Below are positions 37,903 through 51,800 of a DNA stretch of 64,000 nucleotides, one piece after another (the stretch's first letter is position 1; each line of letters begins with the position of its first letter). Origin of the DNA: Paragordius varius (lineage: Eukaryota > Animalia > Nematomorpha); assembly GCA_964247055.1 (NCBI GenBank), contig OZ176054.1:6386001-6450000 (forward strand), written 5' to 3'. A program made the translations under genes and the position numbers. The notes below the pieces were generated by a model. That model was not told where the DNA came from and searched no databases. It saw only the letters and a list, made by a program, of their open reading frames with translations.

Positions 37903-39022
37903 CACTTGGATACAACTCATTTCTTTCACTCCTTCGGTTTAAATTGGGGTCGTTGGATATCCCAGGCCAGTTTAAAATTAAATATTTCAAAAATATAGAA
38001 TTAAAAACAAGGAAAAAGTTTGCACTTATATAACATTAATAAACCAAATTAAAACAATCATTCCTTACTAGAGATTGTTTATTTTAAGGTAAAACCCAAG
38101 GGTAAAAATTTAGCCATAATAACATGTGTGGATAAGTTAAATTAAATAATGCCGAATCAAACACCTTTTTATTTAAATCTATTTAATAAATATTTAACCT
38201 TAATTTTAGCATTAAAATAAAATACGCACCATATTTTGCAGTAATATTGTAAAATTAACACTTCGATTCAAATTGGGGTATCTAAATACCCCAGACTAAA
38301 TTAAAATTAAATTTTTTAAAAAACCACTGAAGGAAACGGTCTCAATTTAAATTTATGCTTCTATCCTGATAAATATTATATAAATATGGCAAAATATCTT
38401 GATAATATTTTGTTTTGAAAAAATATTTCCATCTCAAACTACTTCGACGCCATTTTTTACAAAAATTTTGCAAAACATCGTCTTCATTTAATTTTAAGGA
38501 TAAAACTAAAGCTAATTTTTTCTATAAATTACATCTAACATTGATAGAAATAGAAAAAGCGGTTTAATTTGTATTATTTTTTAATTTTACAATTTTACAC
38601 ATGTCACGCTGACGAAATTTTTACCTTTCGGTTTTAGCTCAAAATAAGTAATATCAAGTATTTTTGAATAAAATTTTTTATATATTCGGTTTATTAATGT
38701 TATATATGTGCAAAATTTTGCCATGGTTTCGATTCCTTCCATACTTTTTAAAGTATTTGATTTTAAACAGGCCTGGGGTATCCAACTACCCCAATTTGAA
38801 TCGAAGGACTAAAATGAGTGTGTTGTCTCCAAGTGTTAAAATGGTGTCAAAGTAGTTTACTATGGATTTTTTAGTCTTAATTTCATATAGATTCGGCTTA
38901 TTTATATAATTATAAGTATTAAAGTATCAATTAAATTGGGACCGTTTCTTTAGGTAGTTTTTGAAAAATATCAACTTAAAAATAATGTGGGGTATTTAGA
39001 TATCTTAATTTACATAGAAGTG
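37903..39022 (+). mobile_element. piggyBac-like MITE containing a younger inverted copy of the same family
   Basis: Outer element starts at TTAA|CACTTGG (37903) and ends GAAGTG at 39022; the inner copy interrupts it. Confidence 0.7.
38259..38835 (-). mobile_element. piggyBac-like MITE, nested, TTAA TSD
   Basis: TTAA at 38255-38258 and 38836-38839; reverse complement of 266-848. Confidence 0.8.
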
Positions 39023-39332
39023 TGAAATGCAGCAAAATTGGCTGCAGGTTTAAGACTAGTTTTATATTATTTGTATTATGCGAAAGGATCGATCAAATTA
39101 TTAAATTAGATCTAATAGTTTTTAAGCTATTCAAATATAAAATTGTTTTAAAATATATTTTAGTTAACAATCATAAAAATTCTTTTGGTGGTTTTAAGAT
39201 TGGGAAAAAATAGCAATTAGTATCAGCTTTTTAATAAAACAACAATGATTTGATATAAATATAATATTTTCATTTATATCAAAATTTGCGCTAATAGTTT
39301 AAAATAAATTATATTTAAAAATTAAAACATTT

Positions 39333-39624
39333 ATGTCACATTATTTTGCACGAACAAATCTTTGTGCTGAGGTTTATAAATATTGTTTACTTAGGAAAAA
39401 GTTATCGTTGACAAATGTTACGCGAAAAATGACTGTAGTCGCACCATTTGTAAGAATGAAATAGCAAATTACAATATTTGTAAAAAGTTTTGGGTATATT
39501 TACATGCTTATTTTAGCTTTATGTCATCAAGAAACGTATGGCCGATAATATGACTCCGATTCCGCCACCTGAGGAAATTAATAATTATAAAAATCTATAT
39601 TTAAATAAAGTTTTGAATAAATGA
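39333..39624 (+). CDS. CHCHD7: Twin CX9C mitochondrial intermembrane-space protein CHCHD7 (COX23-like), 81 aa, 3 exons
   Basis: Exons 39333-39371, 39395-39493 and 39517-39624, with two 23-nt GT-AG introns. Protein MSHYFARTNLCAEEKVIVDKCYAKNDCSRTICKNEIANYNICKKFWLYVIKKRMADNMTPIPPPEEINNYKIYILNKVLNK has two exact CX9C motifs and the CHCHD7-like CKKFW..V...R....P..P. Confidence 0.85.
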
Positions 39625-42600
39625 TTATTATTAAAAGAATATTTATTTTTTTTGGACGCTATGTTATATATATTTAACATTTATCTATCATAATAACCTA
39701 AATTTTGCACTAACATCTATTTTTGGCATATATTGATTGAATTAATATCCAAAAAAATTTATAATTTTACAAGCGCAAGCAATCTTGAAAGTTTATTTTT
39801 AGTATGTCATTTTTAACAAAAAAAGCCAATGAGAGAGGAATTATACATAAATTAAAATCACGCATGTGCAAAGATTTTAAAATTATCTGATAACTCATTT
39901 GCCTTAAAAAAGATTATTGCAGTGGTACTACTGAACAACTTGCCGCATGAGGCCCTTAAACTTAATTTTTCTGGCCACAGATTTTTATACTTTCATATGT
40001 ATTGTGTAAAGGTACATTAGCGATATATATCGCAGTTTACAGTGCTTTATCATGAATATATTAGTGACAAAAACAAGTATATTGTTATTTTGTATAATGT
40101 GATAAATAATTCAAATAATTTTGTGTAAGCCAGCCAAGTATCCTGTATTAATTTAAATTCTGTACTCATTATGGGACCCGCGAAATATTTTTGATGGTAT
40201 GACTGTTCTATCATGAAAAAATTATGCAGTCACAATTTAAATTTCGACCCAATTTTTTATATCCAAAAATAGGAAATCAATGTTTCTGCTTTGCCAACGA
40301 GATATACCCATTTACTTTTACCTCTAAAGCGTAATTTTGTAAGCCGGAGCGATTTTAAATTCTAATATCATAAAAAGTGCTAAGATATTGGGCAAATAAA
40401 GGAACATGCCCTTTTTAGCCTTTTGAACGGGTAATCCAAAATATGATCATCTCAAATATTTTTGCCGTTGTTTTTTTATTTGGCTGATACAACAGCCAAA
40501 AATATATTATGGTTAAATATGTAAAATATTAACTCTGAAAAGCTTTGAAATATATTTTAGCAGCATATTTTATATAATTATAATTACAGCTTTTTGTTTC
40601 AATCGGCATTTTGGAGCTATACCGATTTCACACCCTAGGAAGAAAACTAAAAAATATATTTTCTTTTAGAATAGGAAAATAATACAACTCTCATAATAGT
40701 AGGCTATAGGGTGTTCATCGACCGCTTTTAAAAAATATATGGGCAGTAAAACTTTTTTTTTGTATTTAATAAATACCTGTTAAATCAAACAGAACACAAT
40801 AATTTTTTCTACATCGTTGCCAATTAAATATACCACAAAATTCGTTAATATATCAATTATGTTTAGATTTTGTGCGCATTACTTGCAAATTATAAATTTC
40901 CATATATTTTGCGAGCCGCATGTTGGACACATCTGATTTACAAGTTAGAGATATGGGGGGGTTCAATAGGCCAAATAATTACAAAAGTTAAAAAATGAAG
41001 TGTTAATGAATTATGCTTTCGTGGTCTGTAATGTTGGGGTGTTCAACAATGACATCGAGGGCAATATAACTACTATTTATTGTATCAATTTTTGCCAAAT
41101 CGTTGCCAATTAATCGAACTTTTTAGGAATATGAATGGTAAGATTTTATAAGCAATTTTTGAAAGTTCTGGTATATTTATTTTTTATTTCCCAAATTTTT
41201 CGCGGTTTGCACATAACACGGAAAGCGCGTGTTGACCCATGTAATGCAAAATGATTTTTAAAATATATATTTTATTTGATCTTATTATTATGATATTTCA
41301 AAATCAAAATGATGTTGGTTTTTCATATTTAGTATATGTGCCCTTATAATTTTAAGTTTACAAATTTGTTAAAATACTCTTATGTTTTACAGTTAACGCC
41401 CATAGGCCGAGGTTACGCGATAAAAAATTTTAAAAATAGTGCTATATATCATGATTAAAATTAGTTTTACTAAAATTTTAAATTGAATTTTACATCAAAT
41501 TTATCATCATGAAGGAGCATCGCATCATTCAAAAATGAAATTGACGTATATAAATATTATAAAAATCACTTTATATAAATCGATATCGCTAAAGATTCTA
41601 TAGCGCATTAGACTTTTTATTAAATTTTATTTAATCTCCATTTTTTAATGTCATAATAACTGCTTGCACTAAAATAAGAATTATTTTTACATCCGAATTC
41701 TGTAGTGCTAGACATATTTAGCGGCATTAAATTTCAAAAAAAGATTTTTTTAATATTAATGCGAACTTTATTACCTCTTCCGGTTTACTGCATTATACCA
41801 TAAAATACCCCTTAAAAATGTTGCTAAATTTCGATGTGAAATCCAAATTAAAGGATTTTTCTACAAATTAATTTCTATGATAAAATATAGGACTTTTTAC
41901 ATTTTTTATCGCACAACCTTGAACTTTTTGACTTAATTATGCAGTGGCATAATTTATTAATTTTATCAAAGCTAAACTTTTAACGCATGTCCAAAAATTT
42001 ATGATAGAAATCAACATCACATTGACTTTCAAATCAAGCACACAAATTACTTTAATAATGTGCCGGAGCGAATATTTAATTTTGGCTTATTCTAAATATA
42101 TCATATTTTAAGTTGGATAACCCACTTGAATAATTGAATTATAATTAATAAGCCCACAACACTAGAATTCGGGCCCCACAGTGTTGTAATAGGGATAAAC
42201 TTAAGCCACTGCAGATATAAATTATACATTTTTATTGCATGAAACATTTTAGTTAATTTGATTTAATATGAATTATTTAACACCCGCGCTCAATATTGAA
42301 AGTATAAAATGATATAGATAAAAGATAAAATATTAAAAATTTACATATAACAAAAGCATTTAATGTTATATTATTCTAGATTTTGAACAGAAAAATTTTG
42401 TTGTTACCAAATTATGTCTTATTTTATGAGTTTTATTTTTTAACTATATATTATCATGATATATAATTTATTCTTATAATATATAAGTTATCCTTATATT
42501 GATTGTAAAAGAAAATTATCCAACACACATAAAATAAGCTTTTTTAGAGGTATTAGTAACGCACCTGTATAATATTTAATTAGATGATGACGCCTAATAC

Positions 42601-42853
42601 TTTAAATCGAGAAATATTTTCAATATAGATAAATAGATAGATATCAGGTAGTGAAAACGAATAAATATTTCTGTGTTTTTATTTGTTTAAGCGAGTTTTT
42701 GCAAAATATTCATTGAAATAACAAAACAAAACTAATAAAATAGCTAAATAGCTATAATTTTAAGAATTTTGTATATCTTAGAAATATATATACATATAAA
42801 ACGTTTTGTTTTACTATATATCATAAAAGGCCATAATTCATTTGTTTTATACC

Positions 42854-45800
42854 ATGTTTTTTGTAACATCCTTGATTCTGTATGGTGTAATTGGTAAATT
42901 TTGTCTAATAATTTTTAGCCATTTTTGCTGAAATACCTAAGGAGCCTACCATACACTTATCTTCTAGCGGTTCAGCCGATAATAAACTCCTCCTTCAAGG
43001 ATTTAATGATGAAGAAAATTTCCCGTTTTTTAGCGGTATAAATTGGTCATCTAAAGAAAATTCGGTATTTCAACTTTTATATGCAAAACTTTTTCCTACT
43101 TATTCTTTTGTATTGCAAAAACAATTATATAATAATAATAATATTTTATAGCTTTTTTTGATCAATAGGTAATCAACCGGTTATCTTTTTTAATTTTTAT
43201 TGAATAAAGAAATGATTATGTCTTATATATTAGTTTATTTAATCCAAATATTTTACAAAAAATTACAAGATATATCATTTATTTTCTTTTTAAGTTAATA
43301 AATAACGTCCTCGAGGGTTAAGGTCATTGTCTTATCTAACTAAAACGAAATAAATAATTTTTGAGCCAGGGATGTCTTAAACGCTTTTTTCGGTACGCAA
43401 AAATTAAGTTCTTTAAAAAATGTACCAAAAAATAAAAAATTGGATTTCAATCAAAAATGTACGATTATTTAAAAGATGTATAATCCAAAATCGGGTTGTA
43501 AATATAAATAAAAAAACTAAAAATTTTCAAAGCAGCCGTATATTTGTGTTGGACCCCTGGTAAATTTCCATCATAACCCATTTTAACACTTTACATATTA
43601 AATAAAAAATTAAACAATAAGATCACATTATATCTTTTTTTATATATAGAGAAATCGATGTTCAGATCCAAAGCTAGTTCAACTAAGGAAATTAATGAGG
43701 GATGAAAATATAACTGGTTATTTGATAAAGGGAGATGCGCATGAGGTTTTTAATCAAAATTTCCCTTAATTAAAATTTATATACAATCTATATAATGCCA
43801 TTTTTTGCCATATATATATATATATGTGTGTATAATATATTCTTATATTACGCATAAATGGTTGCTTATTTCGCACTATAGTTGGGCAATTGCAACACAG
43901 TAGTGTATGTGAAGAAAACAAAATATTGAATAAACAAGTTTTCCTTTCTTTTTTCGATACACTACTGTGTTGCTAACTGCCAAACTATTGTGCGAAATAA
44001 GCAACTATTAAAATGCATACTGTATTATAGTGGGAATATATGAATGAATGCACAAACCGTAGAAAATATATATCGGGATTCACAGGATCACTTGGTATTA
44101 TATATATGAAATGATTTGACCCTGAACATTTCCAACAAAAATGTTTAGTTTTTAAACATTACCTATAATTCTCGCAATTTTTAAAAAACTTTGTCTAGAT
44201 TTAAGATAATACATAAAAATATATTATCTTCCCACAAAACTTTAATTGATAGTTTATAGCCCAAAGAGCAAAAATTTTTAGGGTGTTATTCAAGGGTGAA
44301 TTCCCCAATCTCACTGCTAAAATTAATTAAATTAAAATCATAGCTGTAGCGATTATTAAATATCAAATGACTACGCTAATATTCAATTTCCGTAACGTAT
44401 TACCGGTACACTAACCTAATCATATGATTATACTTTCATTTATAATAATAATTTAGTATTATATTTTTGGCACGTGCTTACCATGTTTGTTTATCCAAAA
44501 TGGTTATATTTTAAACAAATACACGTTTTTTTTTAAAATACGTATCTATTAACCCTTTATTTTCAATATATTTTGACTGTTTAAGGTTCTCTTTTAATAA
44601 CGGAAAACGTGGCGGTGCTGTTTACAGATGGTCGTTATCAGTTACAAGCTAAATATGAATTAGATAGCAGGTGTTGGATTGTGGATAAAAATTGTAAGAT
44701 ATTATCGTAATTTTATTTTTCGTTTTATTTTGACACTTCATTACCTTTTCACTTTTTTGTCCTAGTTTACCTTTTGGTGTCGTTTTATATGCCAGAGCGC
44801 CATTTTGTGTAGTAAATTATATTTAGAAACTTATTTTATTAAAATTTAATTGTCCATTGTTAGCATTATTAGATATAAGAGCTTAATCTTTTACAGTTTT
44901 GTGGCTTCTAGAGTCAAAAATTGGGAAAGCTCAATTGAAACCAACAGCTGATATTAAAAACCAAATATATTTATTTGCTGGTAATATTGGCCTAAAATTT
45001 TCTTAAAGTTAATTATTTTTATTTTCTAATCATATTGTGCATTTATTTGCCTGTGGCATTATTTAATAAAATTTATAGAATTAAAATGGCGGCAAAGTTT
45101 GAGATGAGGATAATTTACAATTTTACATTTTATTAAAATTTTGTATAATGCGCCTAGGCTAAAGAAAGAATTAAATTTGACTTAATCCCTTAATTTAAAA
45201 TTTTTAATACAAGTTTCAAAACGCTCTGGAATATAAAACTACCCCAAAAGGTAATGGAGAGTTAAAGGAATATCACAAACATAATCATACTCTAAATTTA
45301 TTAATGTTTGGACAACTTATATAATTTATAATTATAACATTTGAATTTTTTAAAGCAAGCTATTTAACGGTGCAATATATAGCATATCAAGTTATATCGA
45401 GCTAATATCTTTAAACATCGTTATATACATTTTATGTTTGTATATTATCCTTTATTCAAAATAAAACAATAAAATTTATTATGCAATTCAATATTTGTTG
45501 ATCTTCCGATATTCTAGTTAAAATATTATTTGGATATATATTGGTTCTAATCTGTTTGACTTTTCGATTTGACTTTACACCCAATAGGATGCGACAACAT
45601 TGATTATATATTTATCTACTTAATTTCTGGGAAGGAGGGGAGCTTTGGTGCTTAAACCTGTTAATAACGTTTTATTATAATTCATGACCTTTGTTATACT
45701 TTTATATTTAAATTTTTACAAATCGTGTTGATTTTTTTTTAAAATACGATCTTTTTTATAAATAACGCTAAAAGAAGCGTTGGGCGCTCGAATTTCCCAC

Positions 45801-48800
45801 ATATTCAAATAATTATTTGTAATAAAATGAATGTAGGAAAAATTAAAATTTAACAACCTCGTATTTCAGAATCTAATATTCCAAGTTAGATTATTAAATT
45901 CTACACTGAAGATTTATCGATCAAATTTTAACAGTTTTTATTTTTCAAATTTTTAGATTCCTAGTTTTTATAAAAAAAAAACTTTAATACACGAAAAATT
46001 AGGGTATGATGAAAACTATGATTAGACTAACAATATATGCAATATCTTTGCCCTTAAAAACCTTTATACTATTATATTTTTTAGATATAATTATTTTATG
46101 CCTTGATTTTTGATTTTGAGACGCTTTAGTTATTTTCCTAACAAAATTAAATAAAATGAGTTACGAAAAAATACTAAATAAAAAAATTCCATTTTTTTGG
46201 TTTGAAAGAGCTTTTCCCAGCATTTTGCATAGGTTTTTAACTACTATCTACTAATTTTCAATGTTCCAGAGAGTTTTTTTCGATCAAATTACATTACCAA
46301 TGTGGTAAAATAAATTTTTTATTTATATTTTTTTAATTTTTTTGTGATTTAGCAGCCTTAGAAAAATGGGTAAAAACCAACGCACCGGATATCATCATTG
46401 GTGTGCATGATGGAACTACATATAACTGTATAAATATCAATACTAAAACATTTGTCTCGATTGTTAATATGTATAATTGGCAAAATATATTAGTAATGTT
46501 GAAATACAACCCAACCCTTAGATAATTTTTATATTATATAAACATTTAATTTAAATATCGAAATGTTTAATATTATTTACGGAAGTGGTTAATATAACAT
46601 TAATTTGTTCCTAATACTTTTTTATTACAAATTAATTGGACGCTTTTGAGTCAATTATTTGCACCTTATAAAGAGGCACTCAAATAATATTAATCGAAAA
46701 ACAGTTAAATTGTCTCGAAAACTCTGATAAAAAGCGTCCTTAAATATTCTTAAACATGGCATCATGGGGTTTTATATTATATGTAATTAATAATGTTATA
46801 ATTAGCGGATTACCTCTCTTATCTCAAATGGTTTAAGAATCAAATACGTCTGATAAACAAAGATCTAGCCATGATAGTTAGAAATGATCAGGACCCAGTA
46901 GAGTGTGAACCAAAAAAAGTTATGGAATATCCCGAAAAATATGCTGGTATGATTTTTTGTCAAATTAATGACAATAAAATTAAATTTAAACTGATAAAAC
47001 GTAAAAAAAGCTAAACCTAGATCATGATTCCTTATTTTAAAAACCCTAAAACAATAAGTTATTTTCCAAAAACAATAAGGTCTCTAAAGATATGATAGTC
47101 TTTTTTAAAACAACATTTAACTTTTAGTTGTTACATTTTGTCTCTATAATTTTATTTTTATTTGTAAAATACTTATTTCTATATTTTTTTAATTACAAAT
47201 GATAACTCAATACAACATAATTTTTTAGAAATTTTAGGTTACTCATTTTCGGACTAGTTCATTATGTGAATTATTTAAAAAAACACGATTTACAGTATGA
47301 GTAAGTATATATATTGCTAGAAAATTATAATCATTGCCAAAAATATGCAGCAAAGAGAATTATTACTGGGAAAAAATGGTAAAAAGTAAAAAAATAACTA
47401 TAACCCAATAATACTGCCCTTTGTTGTATGTGCTATTTGGCAATAATTAATAACTTTCTAGCAATGTATATACTCATACTGTATACGGTTAACTAACTTG
47501 ATATATATCTGTTTATGTAATATATTGATGATTTTTTCTAAAATTTTGTGCTTATTTAAGGATGTAAAATTTCGTAACAAACCCCTTTATAATTTGGAAT
47601 ATTATATTTTTTTATTTTCATACCATTTTAAATGATTTGCTAGATTTTTTTTGAACCAAGTTTTTATTGAAACATAAATAAATTTATACATATTAAATGT
47701 TGTGTAGGTGAAAGCTGGATCTCAAAGGTTGAAAAGCTACGCATATCCATTAAAGAAAAAAATTATGCATTGATATTGTCAGATCCAACCCTGATTGCCT
47801 GTAAAATTAATTTGTTTTCTTATTTCACCAGAAAGTTTAATTATTATATTTTTTGACTAATTTTGTTAATCATAAAATATGTTGTTTAAATAAAACGTAA
47901 AGTAATTATTTTTTATGGATTTTTAATTATTTTAATATTTTTGGATAATCATACGGAGACATAAATCTTTTAGATCAGGGGTGGCCGCATGCGACCCTCG
48001 AAGATGTGCGGTCCGTGAAAAATTTGGTTTTCCATAAATTATAAAAATATGCTAACGAAATATTTATAAATTTGATAATTCCTAAACAATTTTTCTAAAT
48101 AAGTCTAGCAATTGGCAAAAAGTAGAAAGCATTGCTATATTTTGCATTTTTTCAGTTTCATGTTTAAAATCTAACAAATTCCATATGAATGCCCATATAT
48201 ATTTCCAATGCCCTCCGCCGGTTTTTTCGAGTCTAAAATGCGGCCCACGAAGCCATGTGTGTTGGGCACCTCTGTTTTAGACAAAGTTTTATAACTCCTT
48301 AAAAACTGATTAAAGTAATGGGTTTGATTGGTATGATATTGTAAAGTTATTTCCATATTTTATTTAACTAAATTGGAAAATCGAGAAATTTTGGCCTATT
48401 TTAGAAAATCTCAACCAAATTTTTTTCTAAACACCATATGTCTTTCAAATAATTTTGATTTTGAAATAGAATCATGATTAGTTCAAAAAAATGTTGAATC
48501 ATATTTCCAAAAAATTATCAGTAAATGCGAAGTTTATTTCTTTGGGTTTTAATCAAAAAACAGTTTTTGTTTTCTTAACCCCTTTTAAAAAATATCAAAT
48601 GCATCATGAATTTTAATTAGTTTCAAAATGTCAATGATTATTAATCGGCTAATTTTTGAAGTGGTGATTATGGTTTTTTTAAGATAATATTTATTTTTAC
48701 AGGGCTTTTTAATTTGCGGGGTGGAGATGTCCCATATAAACCAGTGGTTTACTCTTACGCAATTATAGCCGAAACTAAGATAAAGTATGTAACAATTTAT

Positions 48801-51800
48801 TTTTAAGTAATTTTAATACATATATGTATTTATTAAATGTGTGTTATTCCATAGTTTATATATTGATCAACGTAAGCTATGCGATACCCTGAAGAGTTCA
48901 TATCAAAAAGATTGCCCCAACGGAATTTATTGCATTGACGTAAAATATACACAGTTATATTTCACCCATTTTTAGATCTAATATTTTTTTATTAAACACT
49001 AGTTTAAAGATTACGATCATGTTGATCAGTTTCAATTCAATAATTATTCCAGAATCATTTATGAAAAATCATCAATCAATATGAGAATCCTTAATTTAAT
49101 ACCCGCTCAAAAGGTAGGTTAATTTCTCAATTAATAAATCTATTAAACCATTATTCTTGATGTTTAATAGGATCGGATATTAAAAAATAACTGGTTTGAT
49201 AGTGACCCCCCCCCCCAAGATTTGCTATTAAATTACTATTTTTTATATATTTATCACATTTTAAATTAAAATTATAGTTATAATTATATTTAGAATAATA
49301 TAAAATATATTCATGTTCCAATAATTATTTCCTGCATATAAAAGAGATCTGCCGTCATTACTATTTTCTCGAGAATCTGAGAAATAACTTAATTAGTTTC
49401 TCTTGTAAAATGATATTTAACCTGTTTTTTTGGAAAATAATGCTATTGAATAATATGCAACATTAAATTGTACTCAATACTTTCAAAAAAACAGAGATTG
49501 GAAGATTTAATGAAAAATTACTTGAAGCTGTATCTTAAAAACAAAGTTCAATTGGATGGAATGAGGGAAGCACAGGTATAATTAATTAAAATTTATTCTT
49601 TATATATTTTTTTCCATGCATCAATTATAAATAATAATCATGTAAAATAAAACAAAATTTAAATTAGGATTCAAATAATACTTACTTTCAATTCAATATG
49701 ACAGTTTTAATTATGGTTAATTGTAAAACTGAATACTTGCCAATGAAAAGCCCAAAATTATTAATTTGATAATTATTTAACTGTTTAAACATATCTTTTT
49801 ATTGATTCTTGTTAATGATCAGTAAGGAAAATTTTGGTTTATGTGATTTGTAAGTTATTTTACAAAGCTAATCCTTTAATAGTTATTTTGTACTATGGAT
49901 AAATGTTGCTTTTGTGGTTCACAAAAATGGAACAGACTCATCATCAATATATTCATAAGTTATGCATTTGTTTAAATTCATTTCACTTAAATGGCGTATT
50001 TTTTGTTTAAAAATTATGTAATATATCCACTATCCTGTTTATAATGGTTTCATCAACACCAGTTGGGGATGTATTAGGCTTATTGCATTACATATCTCAA
50101 ATTGTATTTATCATATTTTCTCCCACTTAAAACATTTTATGTCAATTGATACCTAATTAATGAATCTTTTTTTATTATATAGTATCGAGATTCGATTGCC
50201 ATCATCGAAGCTTGTGCCCAGTTAGAACACGATGTGAGTTAATTTACTTCATATAAATTATTGAAAATGATTTCACATATTAGTATAATTTATTAGATCA
50301 TCTATTACCACTGCACCTTTTGGGCTAGTTTTATGTCTTGGACGATTTAAAATTTGAATAACATATGCTATCATAACTTTTATGGCGCACTTTTGACAAA
50401 ACTAATTTTTAAAAAATGTAAAATTGTGAAAAATTCTCGCCTCAAACTTATTCGCCGCCATTTTTTCTTTAAATTTTTGAATGGCTAATACAAATGTCAA
50501 GTAAATATGGTTGGAAATTGTAAAAAATTAATTATCAGGTTACATTCTACCAGCAAAACGTAATTATTGATTTTATAATCAGCTCTGTTTATTTCAGCCG
50601 TGTTTTGAAAGTGTCCAATTTAGACTTTAGATGTCACCTGATACGCCTTTTTTATAGCAGAAAAAATGTTCGATAACACTAATAACAAATTTTGATTTTT
50701 TTAAACAAACATTCTTATAAATTTAAATTTACTTTATTAAAGTACATAAATAGTATATCAAGAAAATTGGTCTAACACTTAAGAATTTTTTTCTGGGTTT
50801 ATCGAATTTTTGGCTCCGATTAAATCAAACTCGAAATTTTTATGATAACAGTTTTAAATATAGAGCCATGTATTAATCATTCGAATTATAACTGTAAAAT
50901 ATTACATAATGGTTATAAATGATCAAGAATACCTTCCACTATTTCAGTCTTTTAAATTTTGAAAATATCAGCTTTTTAAAGAAAATAAATTACTTATCAG
51001 ATGGTAATTTTTTAAAATAAAACTTAAAAATGGCTTTTTAGAATGACATAAAGGCAATATATAAGTGTAATCAAAAAACTCTCTTTTGTGATCTTTTTTG
51101 GTCATTAATTATTATCTACGCAAAGTTTGGGCTATTTTCATCCATTAGTTTGAAAATTATTGATTGAGAAAAACACTCTTAGCGCGTTTGTCGCCTCCTA
51201 TGCACAATATTATCTTTCAATGTTAAACATAGTATGCATTTTATAGAGTTTTCATTACTTTTTCGAAAAATATATTACAAATGGGCATTTGTTGTATATT
51301 TTCAAAGAAAAACATTTAGTAAAACTTTGATAAAGAGGGCGCATAATCATAAAAAACCAAATTATAAAAAATTCTTAGGTGGAATTATAATTTTTATTTT
51401 AGATTGACTATTAGTTAGTAAATAACAGAAAATGCAAAAAACTCGGATGACAGAAAATCTAGGAGTAAATTTAAAATAATCAAAACAGTATTTTAATAAG
51501 AAGATTAACCTCATCGCGCATAAAAAAGTGAAAAGGTCATGAAATGTTATGATAGACATATTTAAGTTCCATTATTTTAAACTTACATATGGACTGATTA
51601 TAGGCACAATCCCCCCAAAAATCATATTACTGGATTTTAACAATGTTATAATAAACATGATTATTCTTTCTTCTTACATAAATTTTACATTTGTCTCAGA
51701 AATAAAATGATTTGAATACATAAGCAAGTTATCTATAATAATAATAATTTATTATTGAAATCTATTATGTACATTTACATCTTAATTTTTTCTTAAATTT

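Noticed and set aside
47238-47292. Apparent exon in aminopeptidase intron 7
   Set aside because: It has stops in the required phase, and the protein is continuous without it.
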